From Bacteroidales bacterium (GTDB lineage: Bacteria > Bacteroidota > Bacteroidia > Bacteroidales > UBA932), in contig JAILMV010000197.1 of NCBI GenBank assembly GCA_024692185.1, positions 1-43,497 of the forward strand: a stretch of DNA of 43,497 bases, given 5' to 3'. The first letter of the stretch is position 1. Every line of letters begins with the position of its first letter. The notes under the pieces were generated by a model. The model had not been told where the DNA came from. It saw only the letters and a program-made list of their open reading frames with translations, and made no database searches. This document shows positions 18,401 through 26,820 of this stretch, one piece after another. Position numbers and translations under genes: made by a program.

Positions 18401-19237
18401 CTAAGGAAGTATGAGGCTGACAGCTTTTGCCTCCCAGGGGCTGACGTTTACGCTGAAACTGATTCCCACGGCAGGCTCGTCGGCTATGCGGACCGAAATG
18501 CTGTTGATCTTTCCCTGGCTTACATAAACGCTTCCGCTTTTTGTAAAGCTTGCGCTGTAATCGCCTTTGCTGATGGTGTAGGTGACATACATCACATAAC
18601 TTCCGGGAACTATATATTTGTCGTTGGTCCCGACAGTAAGATTAAGCTTGTCGGTGCTCCTGCAATCCGACCAGGCAGAAGTTCGGATATTATACTTTCC
18701 GGACTCCTTGACATTGGCCATATAAGTGCTTACGTCGGACAGGGTATAACCACTGGCGGCCGTTACGCTTACTTCGCCGACCCTGGCCTGGGGATGGATG
18801 AAGTTAAGGGTATTCGAGGCATTGTGTACAGGCTGGGCCAGATAAGCACAGACCAGGTCGGCGGCAGCAGAGCCCTCCACGGTGGAACCGTCCTGATTGA
18901 AGCTAATTGCGGCATTGCTTGCGTAGAAATGATAGGAGGGATCCGTGGAAGGCCAGTATTTCTGGGTGCCATAGCTGTTCCCTGACTTGCTGGCAGTAGC
19001 GTCCCATTTCTTGCTTTCGCTGCCTTCGTTTCCGGTGGTGGCAAGCACGTTGAAGCTATTGAGTCCGGTAACCTCGGACACTTTGGTGGAAATATCGACA
19101 TCGGATACCTGGAAACGGATTTCCTTGGCAATACTTGGCCCTTCCTGGCTGGCGAGGGCCGGGCTGTCCATCTTGTTGCAAGACGACAGCAAGGCTGCGG
19201 CTGCGGCCGCAGACAGTACAAACAGTGTTCTTTTCAT
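18401..19237 (-). CDS. Fimbrillin-family (Mfa_like_1) lipoprotein, possible major pilin
   Basis: Lipobox LSSC, IRF...STK processing site, KYWP...YHFYASN, DLVCAY, LNFIHPQARV, C-terminal ISFSVNVSPW donor-like strand. Confidence 0.78.
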   Translation of the reverse strand: MKRTLFVLSAAAAAALLSSCNKMDSPALASQEGPSIAKEIRFQVSDVDISTKVSEVTGLNSFNVLATTGNEGSESKKWDATASKSGNSYGTQKYWPSTDPSYHFYASNAAISFNQDGSTVEGSAAADLVCAYLAQPVHNASNTLNFIHPQARVGEVSVTAASGYTLSDVSTYMANVKESGKYNIRTSAWSDCRSTDKLNLTVGTNDKYIVPGSYVMYVTYTISKGDYSASFTKSGSVYVSQGKINSISVRIADEPAVGISFSVNVSPWEAKAVSLILP

Positions 19238-19248
19238 TTTAATTGTTA

Positions 19249-20049
19249 TTAGATTGTAAGATTGATTGTTCCAGACTCTTCCCAAGGGCTGATTTCTATC
19301 TCGAAGCCCAGTTCCCCAAAGCTCAGGAAGATTTCCAGGTCCTCGAGGTCCGGCTGTTTCCAGTCATAGCCCTTGTCGCCTATCATCTGTCCCAGGGGAT
19401 AGCGCTCCACCGGCATACCGTCGCTGCGGCGGCAGATTTCCAGGATCAGGGATTCGTCGTATTGTCGGGGCACGATGGCCGTGAAGCTCCTGTCTTTCCC
19501 CTCGACGGGCCTGTAGTCGAACTCCCCCTTGTGAGGCAGCCCTCCCGGAAGTACATAGCCATCCACATTGCCCAGTATGCGCAGGAAAAAGGGGTTATCT
19601 TCTCCTTCCAGGAGCAACTCCAGCTTCAGCTGAGCAAAATCTTTATGAAGGGGCAGGCCGGCCTCTCCCTCCTCTCCCGTGATCACAACACGGCCATGCC
19701 CCGAGTAGATTTTATCGCAGCAGCAGCCCAGGGGTATGCGCAGGGCCGAGTCCCCTATGGTCATGGAAAGCTGACCGCAGAACACATCCACATACACATT
19801 CTCGTTCCTGGGCACCTCGAACACCAGCTTTCCCCTCTCGGTAAAACTGGATAAAGAGCCGGTGCCGTAGCCGAGAACCCCCTCCTGTTCGGCGACCAGG
19901 TTATAGCAGAGCTCTCCCCCGCAGCCCTCGGCAAGATATCCGTCGGAATAGACCACGCACAGCGCAGGACAGTAAGTCCTGTCCTCCTTTACCGTGCAAG
20001 CCGCTGCCAGCAGCAGCGCTATCATTCCAAGTATAGCTGAGCGTTTCAT
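19249..20049 (-). CDS. FimB/Mfa2-like pilus anchor lipoprotein
   Basis: Lipobox AAAC followed by TVKEDRTYCP (Mfa2-type CxxED..CP); C-terminal IEISPWE. Confidence 0.75.
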   Translation of the reverse strand: MKRSAILGMIALLLAAACTVKEDRTYCPALCVVYSDGYLAEGCGGELCYNLVAEQEGVLGYGTGSLSSFTERGKLVFEVPRNENVYVDVFCGQLSMTIGDSALRIPLGCCCDKIYSGHGRVVITGEEGEAGLPLHKDFAQLKLELLLEGEDNPFFLRILGNVDGYVLPGGLPHKGEFDYRPVEGKDRSFTAIVPRQYDESLILEICRRSDGMPVERYPLGQMIGDKGYDWKQPDLEDLEIFLSFGELGFEIEISPWEESGTINLTI

Positions 20050-20052
20050 TGG

Positions 20053-21960
20053 CTAGTCATATAGTTTCAAATCGTATTTGTTGGTCAGGCTGGCTATCTC
20101 CGGGTCGAGACTGCCCCTGAATATATAGTTCCTGTCCCCTTTGCAGGCGTCCAGATAATGCCGGACTGCGTTCCTGTCATCTCCGAAACGGGAGTAGATG
20201 ATGGCCATCATATAGTTGGTGTCCGGGGTGGCGGAAAGGGTTTCCAGTATCTGCAAGGCGCTGTGATTCTTCCCCAGCGCCAGGAAGGCCACGGCGGTAT
20301 TGAAGTCCCTGTAAGGCAGGAGCAGGGCCAATGCATCTTCGTAATCATGCTCCAGCAACAGCTTTACCCCGCGGCGGTAAACAGTGTCCGGAATGGTGGT
20401 ATGGATGGTGTCTTTCTGCTGTCCTTTCCTATGTAGCAGGAAATCGAAACGGACCACGCGCAGCCTGGGATATAGCTGGCGCTGCACATAAGGGTAGCAA
20501 GTCAGAGAATGCAGGGATCTCTCCCTGGCATCCGGATTCTTTATTCCCATACGCTTGAGGCAAAGTTTCCTTTCTCCCGGGCTTATCATAGTGTCTATCC
20601 GCAGCAGATTCTCAAGCAAGGGCCAGTTTTCCCCGCCGCCCCTCGACACGAATCTTACTACCGGGCTACCGCCCTCGGGAGCAAGGCTGTCGGAGAGGAA
20701 GGTGGTGTATTCGGAGAAAAAAGCCGAGGCAGCTCCGGCGCGGCGCATTGCCAGCTTGTCGTTGGCCGCAAAGCTCCCTTCCGGGGATGCAAATGCGGTG
20801 ATCCGCACCGTATCCAGCTCTAGGTTACGATTGCCTAGTATCTCCCTTATACTGTGCTTGATGCGGGCCATTTCGCTGTAATTGGAGCCCAGGCTTTCCT
20901 GGATTTCGGCCTTTCCTGCAGCAAATTCTATGTAACAGCTGCTGTGCTCCCTTACCTGCCTCTCAACCACCTTGGTAAGGTATTTTTCCCTCGTATCTGC
21001 GAAAGAAGACAGGGAACTTATGTAGAATGTCAGCATTCCAGGTTCCGGCAGGCTGCACAGCTTCCTGTCTTCTTCGTAGATACTTCCCTTCAATTCCAGC
21101 TCCACTTTCTTCAGACCTGCCCGAGCTCCTATGGTCTGGACATAAGAGTAGCGTATGTTTCCACTGCCGGCATTGACTACCGTATCCAGTTTCAGGGCTT
21201 CGGCCATGATCGGAGATTTCACATATTTACGGAACATCTTCTCACGGCGTCCTGCCTTCCGCTCATTCAGCTTCTTGCGGAAATGGTCGGTATAGTGCTC
21301 CACGGCTTCCGGCCCCGTGATTCCGAAGGCGGAATGCCACTGCTCGTCGCTGACGCGGCTGCTGTCGTTGCGGAAGGCATAGAGCTCCGGCAGATTCCTT
21401 CTGAGGAAGAGTTCCAATTCTCTGGTTCGGATGAAAAGGGAGGTATCTGTCACTATTCCCTCCACAAAGCGCGAGTATCTTTCGTATCCTCTAAGCTGCA
21501 CGGAGCGGTAATGTTCCCCGGTTATGAAGACCGGGTCCAGGGGAAGCTCTTCCCCCTGCAAATGCATCACCGGAGTGAGCCTCAGCTGCCAACGGCTGTC
21601 GGTCAGTTCCGCCGGAACTTCGATGTCGAATCTCAAATCCACAACTCCCTGCCTTTCAGCCACATTCCTGAAAGACGCCACCACTATCGACGGAAGAATG
21701 ACATCGCTCGCAACCATATCTCCATTCTCGTCTCGCACGGCTCTCATTATCGTAAGATCCCTCCCTTGGGCATCCTTTACCATCATAGTATCGCTGACCA
21801 GTTCCCCGGCCGGCACTTCGGCTGTGTGCGCATCATCTGCCAAGGCCAGCCCCGGGACCAGGGCCCCGGACCTGACCGTCTCCATTTTCCGTACCCCTCC
21901 GCAAGCGCAGGAAAGGGCACAGCAAAGGAGCAGCAGACTACATTTCGCACTGCAGCACAT
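20053..21960 (-). CDS. DUF3868/OmpA-like plus TPR lipoprotein associated with type V pilus loci
   Basis: NVAERQGVVDLRF, WQLRLTP, OmpA-like ITAFASPEGSFAANDKLAMRRA, ENW, YPRLR; TPR-like C-terminus. Confidence 0.7.
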   Translation of the reverse strand: MCCSAKCSLLLLCCALSCACGGVRKMETVRSGALVPGLALADDAHTAEVPAGELVSDTMMVKDAQGRDLTIMRAVRDENGDMVASDVILPSIVVASFRNVAERQGVVDLRFDIEVPAELTDSRWQLRLTPVMHLQGEELPLDPVFITGEHYRSVQLRGYERYSRFVEGIVTDTSLFIRTRELELFLRRNLPELYAFRNDSSRVSDEQWHSAFGITGPEAVEHYTDHFRKKLNERKAGRREKMFRKYVKSPIMAEALKLDTVVNAGSGNIRYSYVQTIGARAGLKKVELELKGSIYEEDRKLCSLPEPGMLTFYISSLSSFADTREKYLTKVVERQVREHSSCYIEFAAGKAEIQESLGSNYSEMARIKHSIREILGNRNLELDTVRITAFASPEGSFAANDKLAMRRAGAASAFFSEYTTFLSDSLAPEGGSPVVRFVSRGGGENWPLLENLLRIDTMISPGERKLCLKRMGIKNPDARERSLHSLTCYPYVQRQLYPRLRVVRFDFLLHRKGQQKDTIHTTIPDTVYRRGVKLLLEHDYEDALALLLPYRDFNTAVAFLALGKNHSALQILETLSATPDTNYMMAIIYSRFGDDRNAVRHYLDACKGDRNYIFRGSLDPEIASLTNKYDLKLYD

Positions 21961-22285
21961 CTTCGTCCTCTATGATTACCAGCCGGTTGGCAAGTATTTC
22001 GGTGGAATTATGTTCCTGACCGTCGGAACCGGTGAACTTGGTGTAACGCAGACGGCCAATGAGGCCCACCTTGTCCCCCTTGCGCAGTCGTTCAAGGCAA
22101 TTGATGTACTTGCCCTCCCACGCGTTCACATTGTGCCACTGAGTCTCGATTACGGCAGCGCCGTTCTTGTCGTTGTACGCCAGACTGGTGGCCACGGTGA
22201 AGCGCGCCACCTTCTTTTCTCCGACCACCTGGAGCTTAACCGTCCCCACGAGGCCGCGCAATTCAATTTTGTTGATCTGTTCCAT
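21938..22285 (-). CDS. ssb: Single-stranded DNA-binding protein, short form without acidic tail
   Basis: INKIELRGLVG, VARFTVATS, ETQWHNVNAW, LRKGDKVGLIGRLRY; 115 aa from MEQINK. Confidence 0.92.
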   Translation of the reverse strand: MEQINKIELRGLVGTVKLQVVGEKKVARFTVATSLAYNDKNGAAVIETQWHNVNAWEGKYINCLERLRKGDKVGLIGRLRYTKFTGSDGQEHNSTEILANRLVIIEDEDVLQCEM

Positions 22286-22307
22286 ATTCTTTGGTTTTTG
22301 TCTGCTG

Positions 22308-22484
22308 CAAAGGAATTCCTTACTTGGCCAAACACCAAAGAATCGTCGGAAACAATTATGCATTTTAACTGTTTCTGATGATGTTTTTAAGTTTTAAACA
22401 GTCCTTAAATTTTATTTTATGATTTGCCTAAACTTATATTTTTATATGTTTCCGACATTTGTTTGGCTTTCGCCGCAATCCTTG
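22308..22484. promoter_or_regulatory. Divergent control region for the ssb-pilus operon and the Zn-ribbon gene, with TGTTTC boxes
   Basis: GTCGGAAACA (22345-22354) and TGTTTCCGAC (22447-22456) are exact inverted copies. Also TGTTTCTGAT at 22370-22379, GCCAAACA (22327-22334) and TGTTTGGC (22460-22467). Only degenerate -7 boxes: TTCCTTTG on minus, AATCCTTG on plus. Confidence 0.65.
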
Positions 22485-22506
22485 CCATTTTTAAACAAAA
22501 AAAGGT

Positions 22507-22884
22507 ATGGAGAACAATGCTAATACGGGGAAAAGACGCTGCCTGAACTGCGGGGCGCCTATATTGGGAAGATCGGACAAGCTCTTCTGCTGCGGACGAT
22601 GCAAGAACGAGTGGCATAACCATATAACCATCTCGGAGAAAAGGCGGCGGGAAAGGGTTTTCACGGCATTGTGGAGGAATTACAAGGTCCTGGAAATGAT
22701 GCTGGATGCCGAAGAGAAGGCACCGGAGATCCAGTCTCTGAGCGAGATGGGATTCAAGCCGGAATATGTGACAGGCTACAAGCGTTTCCGCAACGGGCGC
22801 AGCGAATTCCGCTGCTTCGACATAAGCTATAATAAAACAGAAGCCCGCCTGTACAATCTCAGGCGGGCTCCGGACTTTGGTTGA
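22507..22884 (+). CDS. Conserved Bacteroidota Zn-ribbon protein (DUF2116-like), putative regulator
   Basis: CLNCGAPILGRSDKLFCCGRCKNEWHN treble-clef-like Cys motif, then LWRNYKVL and a winged-helix-like L.EMGF...YVT....CFDISY segment. Confidence 0.7.
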   Translation: MENNANTGKRRCLNCGAPILGRSDKLFCCGRCKNEWHNHITISEKRRRERVFTALWRNYKVLEMMLDAEEKAPEIQSLSEMGFKPEYVTGYKRFRNGRSEFRCFDISYNKTEARLYNLRRAPDFG

Positions 22885-22890
22885 GCAAAG

Positions 22891-23307
22891 TTAGTCGACA
22901 GCGGGTGCGTCGGTGGTGATCACGTCCTTGATGAAGGTATCGTAATCTTCCTCGGTTATCATGCTGCAGGTGCCGTTTATCTGGGCACCCATATCTACCT
23001 GGAGACGACGGACATGGATGTTGCCATTGACCGTTGCCGTGCCTTTGAGGGAGAAGGTGTCCTTAACATAGACATCTCCTTCGATCTTTCCCCAGAAATC
23101 GACATTGTTGCATGCGAGGGTACCGGTAAGTACGGCTTCCTCCCCTACTACGACGCGGCCTTTGGAATAGACCTTACCCTGGACTGCGCCGTCCACGCGG
23201 ATGTCGGCCACGGAAGAGATTTCACCCTTTACTACAGTGCCGGATGAGATGTGGCTGACATTGTTTGCATCCACTACGGGAGCTGATACTTTGCTGTTAT
23301 TGTTCAT
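22891..23307 (-). CDS. Bactofilin (polymer-forming cytoskeletal protein)
   Basis: ISSGTVVKGEI...DIRVDGAVQG beta-helix repeats, GAQINGTCSM. Confidence 0.92.
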   Translation of the reverse strand: MNNNSKVSAPVVDANNVSHISSGTVVKGEISSVADIRVDGAVQGKVYSKGRVVVGEEAVLTGTLACNNVDFWGKIEGDVYVKDTFSLKGTATVNGNIHVRRLQVDMGAQINGTCSMITEEDYDTFIKDVITTDAPAVD

Positions 23308-23327
23308 AAGCGTTATTGATTATTATT

Positions 23328-26300
23328 CTACACTAAGCCCTTTCCGTGGCAGTTCTTGTACTTGAGACCGCTGCCGCAGGGGCAAGGCTCGTTACGGCCG
23401 ATCTTCTTATCCACCTTGATAGGTGTGTTGGACTTCTGCTCACCATTGGTGCTGAGGTCCTGACGGCCTGCCTGGAGGCTGGACATATCCTGACGGGGAC
23501 GCATTGCGGGGCGGTTTCCGGCCTCGGAAGCATCGCGCAGCGGCACGAAGGCACGCAGCAGGAAACTGAGCACGTCCTGGTTCAGGGATTCGAGCATCTG
23601 GGCAAAGAGGTTGTAGCTCTCGAGCTTGTACACCACTATAGGATCCTTCTGCTCGTAAGATGCATTCTGCACGCTCTGCTTGAGGTCGTCCATATCGCGG
23701 AGATGCTGCTTCCAATGCTCGTCTATCTGATAGAGTATGATATTCTTGCTGAGGGTCTTGCCAACCTCGCGGCCTTCGCTGTTGTAGGCCTTCTCCAGGT
23801 TCACGGACACGGTCATGGTCTTGCGGCCGTCGGATACGGGGATGGCGATGTTCTGGTACATCTGGCCCTGCTTCTCATAAACGGACTTGATGATAGGAGA
23901 AAGTTTCTCCACCAGCACGGACATCCTGCGGCCGTAAACCTCCTGCATATGGGAGATGAGGGCCTTCACCAGTTCATCCTCCTTGGCATGCTCGTAGAAC
24001 TCGGCATCGAAGCCTGCATCTATGGAAAGCTTGGCCATCAAGGCCTCCTGGAAGGATTCGAAGTCCATTCCCTTGCACTGGTCGATGATCAGCGAGGCAG
24101 TATCTATCATCATGTTGCTGAGGTCGATCTCCACCTTCTCGCCGCTGATAGCATTGCGGCGGCGGGAGTAGATGGCCTCGCGCTGATAGTTCATTACGTC
24201 GTCGTATTCGAGCAAGCGCTTACGGATGCCGAAGTTGTTCTCCTCGACCTTCTTCTGGGCGCGCTCTATGGTGGAAGACAGCATTGAGCTCTCGAGGGCT
24301 TCGTCGTCCTTCATTCCGAGGCGGTCCACCACGCCGGCTATACGCTCCGAACCGAAGAGGCGCATCAGCTTATCTTCCAGGGAGATGTAGAACACGGATG
24401 AACCCGGGTCGCCCTGACGTCCGGCACGGCCTCGCAGCTGGCGGTCCACACGGCGGCTGTCGTGGCGCTCGGTACCGATGATGGCCAGACCTCCGGCAGC
24501 CTTCACCTCGGGCGAAAGCTTGATATCGGTACCACGGCCTGCCATATTGGTGGCGATGGTCACGGTACTGCTCTGACCGGCCTGGGCCACGATTTCGGCC
24601 TCACGGGCGTTCTCCTTGGCATTCAGCACATTATGACGTATGCCACGCATCTTCAGCATTCGGCTGAGGAGCTCGGAAGTCTCCACGTCGGTGGTACCGA
24701 CCAGGACCGGGCGTCCGGCCGAGGAGAGTTCCACTATGCGGTTGATGACAGCGGCATATTTGGCTTTCTTGGTCTTGTAGATAAGGTCGTCCTGGTCGTC
24801 GCGGACCACGGGACGGTTGGTGGGGATGACCATCACGTCCAGCTTGTAGATGCTCCAGAACTCACCGGCCTCGGTCTCTGCGGTACCGGTCATACCGGAA
24901 AGCTTGTGGTACATCCTGAAGTAATTCTGCAGGGTGATGGTTGCAAAGGTCTGGGTTGCAGCCTCGACCTTCACGTTCTCCTTTGCCTCGACTGCCTGGT
25001 GCAGACCATCGCTCCAGCGGCGTCCCTCCATCACACGGCCGGTCTGCTCGTCCACAATCTTGATCTTGCCGTCCACTATGATGTAGTCGATATCCTTCTC
25101 GAACATGGTGTAGGCCTTGAGCAGCTGGTTCACGGTGTGGATACGCTCGCTCTTGAGGGAGAAGTCTTCCATCAGGGCATCTTTGCGATGCTGCTTCTCT
25201 TCGAGGGAGATTCCGCCAGTATTCTGGATGGCTGCGATTCCGCTGCCTACGTCGGGAATGACGAAGAAGTCCTCGTTGCCCACCGCATTGGCAAGCACCT
25301 CGTGACCCTTGTCGGTCATATCTACGGAATGGAGCTGTTCGTTGATCACGAAGTAGAGAGGGTCGGTAACCACCGGCATCTCCCTTTCATTATCCTGCAT
25401 GTAGAAGTTCTCCGCCTTCTGTAGGAGGACCTTCATGCCGGGTTCGCTCAGGAACTTGATCAGAGGGGAATACTTGGGAAGGCCCTTGTGGGCACGCAGG
25501 AGCAGCTTTCCGCCTTCCTGCTCATCACCTGCGGCGATGGCTTTCTTGGCGTCGTTCAGAACCTGGTTCACCAAGGTACGCTGGGCCTGGTAAAGCTTCT
25601 CCACGAAAGGACGGAATTCCATGAACTGGCCGTCATCCTCAGCTTTGGCCACAGGGCCGGAAATAATCAGAGGAGTACGGGCATCGTCGATCAACACGGA
25701 GTCAACCTCATCGACTATGGCATAATGATGCTTGCGCTGCACGAGGTCGTCGGTATTGATGGCCATGTTGTCGCGCAGATAATCGAAGCCGAATTCATTG
25801 TTGGTACCGAAGGTGATATCACATTCATAAGCCTTGCGACGGGCATCGGAGTTGGGCTGATGCTTGTCGATGCAGTCCACGCTCAAGCCGTGGAACATAT
25901 AGAGCGGGCCCATCCATTCGGAGTCTCGTTTGGAGAGGTAGTCGTTAACGGTAACCACGTGCACGCCCTTGCCTGCAAGGGCATTCAGGAACACCGGGAG
26001 GGTTGCCACGAGGGTCTTACCTTCACCGGTAGCCATCTCTGCGATCTTTCCTTCGTGAAGGGCGATACCGCCGATGAGCTGCACATCGTAATGCACCATA
26101 TCCCAGGTGATTTCATTGCCGCCGGCCACCCACTTATTATGATATATGGCTTTGCTGCCCTCTATGGTAACGAAATCGTGAGATGCGGCCAGGTTGCGGT
26201 CGAAATCATTGGCCTCGACCTCAATGGTCTCGTTCTGCGCCAGGCGGCGGGCAGTGGACTTCACGATGGCGAATGCCTCGGGGAGGATTTCGTTCAAGGC

Positions 26301-26606
26301 TTTCTCGATGGCCTCGTCCTCGTCTTTGACAAGCTTGTCGGATTCGGTAGCGAGTTTCTCTTTCTCGGAAACGGGGATGTCCTTGTCAAGTTCGAGCTTG
26401 ATTTCGGAGATGCGGTCCTCGAAGGGCTTTTCTATTTCGCGCAGATACTGACGCAATTTTGCCGAATGGCTGCGGAGTTCATCTGCTGACAATTTGTCAA
26501 TTTCTTCGTATTTTGAGAGAATCTTGTTCAGAAGAGGCTTCACCGCCTTATAATCGCGGTCGGCCTTAGAACCGAACAGAGCTTTGATAATGTCTGCTAA
26601 TGCCAT
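23328..26606 (-). CDS. secA: Preprotein translocase subunit SecA
   Basis: EMATGEGKTL, AIVDEVDSVLIDDARTPLIISG, GRAGRQGDPG, SEC-C motif CPCGSGLKYKNCHG; start MALADIIK. Confidence 0.98.
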   Translation of the reverse strand: MALADIIKALFGSKADRDYKAVKPLLNKILSKYEEIDKLSADELRSHSAKLRQYLREIEKPFEDRISEIKLELDKDIPVSEKEKLATESDKLVKDEDEAIEKALNEILPEAFAIVKSTARRLAQNETIEVEANDFDRNLAASHDFVTIEGSKAIYHNKWVAGGNEITWDMVHYDVQLIGGIALHEGKIAEMATGEGKTLVATLPVFLNALAGKGVHVVTVNDYLSKRDSEWMGPLYMFHGLSVDCIDKHQPNSDARRKAYECDITFGTNNEFGFDYLRDNMAINTDDLVQRKHHYAIVDEVDSVLIDDARTPLIISGPVAKAEDDGQFMEFRPFVEKLYQAQRTLVNQVLNDAKKAIAAGDEQEGGKLLLRAHKGLPKYSPLIKFLSEPGMKVLLQKAENFYMQDNEREMPVVTDPLYFVINEQLHSVDMTDKGHEVLANAVGNEDFFVIPDVGSGIAAIQNTGGISLEEKQHRKDALMEDFSLKSERIHTVNQLLKAYTMFEKDIDYIIVDGKIKIVDEQTGRVMEGRRWSDGLHQAVEAKENVKVEAATQTFATITLQNYFRMYHKLSGMTGTAETEAGEFWSIYKLDVMVIPTNRPVVRDDQDDLIYKTKKAKYAAVINRIVELSSAGRPVLVGTTDVETSELLSRMLKMRGIRHNVLNAKENAREAEIVAQAGQSSTVTIATNMAGRGTDIKLSPEVKAAGGLAIIGTERHDSRRVDRQLRGRAGRQGDPGSSVFYISLEDKLMRLFGSERIAGVVDRLGMKDDEALESSMLSSTIERAQKKVEENNFGIRKRLLEYDDVMNYQREAIYSRRRNAISGEKVEIDLSNMMIDTASLIIDQCKGMDFESFQEALMAKLSIDAGFDAEFYEHAKEDELVKALISHMQEVYGRRMSVLVEKLSPIIKSVYEKQGQMYQNIAIPVSDGRKTMTVSVNLEKAYNSEGREVGKTLSKNIILYQIDEHWKQHLRDMDDLKQSVQNASYEQKDPIVVYKLESYNLFAQMLESLNQDVLSFLLRAFVPLRDASEAGNRPAMRPRQDMSSLQAGRQDLSTNGEQKSNTPIKVDKKIGRNEPCPCGSGLKYKNCHGKGLV

Positions 26607-26629
26607 AAATAATAAATAAGAGTATCTTG

Positions 26630-26676
26630 CAAATTTAACCAATTATTGGCTATTACAAAAATTTTGCCTATGTTTG
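26630..26676. promoter_or_regulatory. Divergent promoters for secA and tRNA-Gly
   Basis: TAAATTTG on minus (26630-26637); TATGTTTG on plus (26669-26676). Confidence 0.6.
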
Positions 26677-26690
26677 CACTCACTTAAAAA

Positions 26691-26761
26691 GCAGGATTAG
26701 CACATCGGTAGTGCATTGGCTTCCCAAGCCAAGGAGGAGGGTTCGACTCCCTTATCCTGCT
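26691..26761 (+). tRNA. tRNA-Gly (anticodon CCC)
   Basis: Acceptor GCAGGAT/ATCCTGC, D stem GCAC/GTGC, anticodon arm TTGGC-TTCCCAA-GCCAA, T loop TTCGACT. CCA not encoded. Confidence 0.95.
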
Positions 26762-26770
26762 CACGGGATA

Positions 26771-26801
26771 AGGGAGTCGCCACTAGCGGCTCCTTTTTTT
26801 T
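26771..26801 (+). terminator. Rho-independent terminator after tRNA-Gly
   Basis: AGGGAGTCGC-CACTA-GCGGCTCCTT stem followed by a T run. Confidence 0.8.
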
Positions 26802-26820
26802 GCCTGAAGGCTCAAAAGGA

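Noticed and set aside
22345-22456. Invertible (phase-variable) promoter bounded by GTCGGAAACA/TGTTTCCGAC
   Set aside because: The repeats are only 10 bp, no recombinase is in the window, and the same motif occurs as direct copies at two other promoters, which fits protein-binding sites better. Read-orientation data could still test inversion.
14873-22884. ICE or prophage origin for the ssb-pilus cluster
   Set aside because: No integrase, relaxase, tra or phage genes and no att-like direct repeats were seen; the flanks are housekeeping genes.
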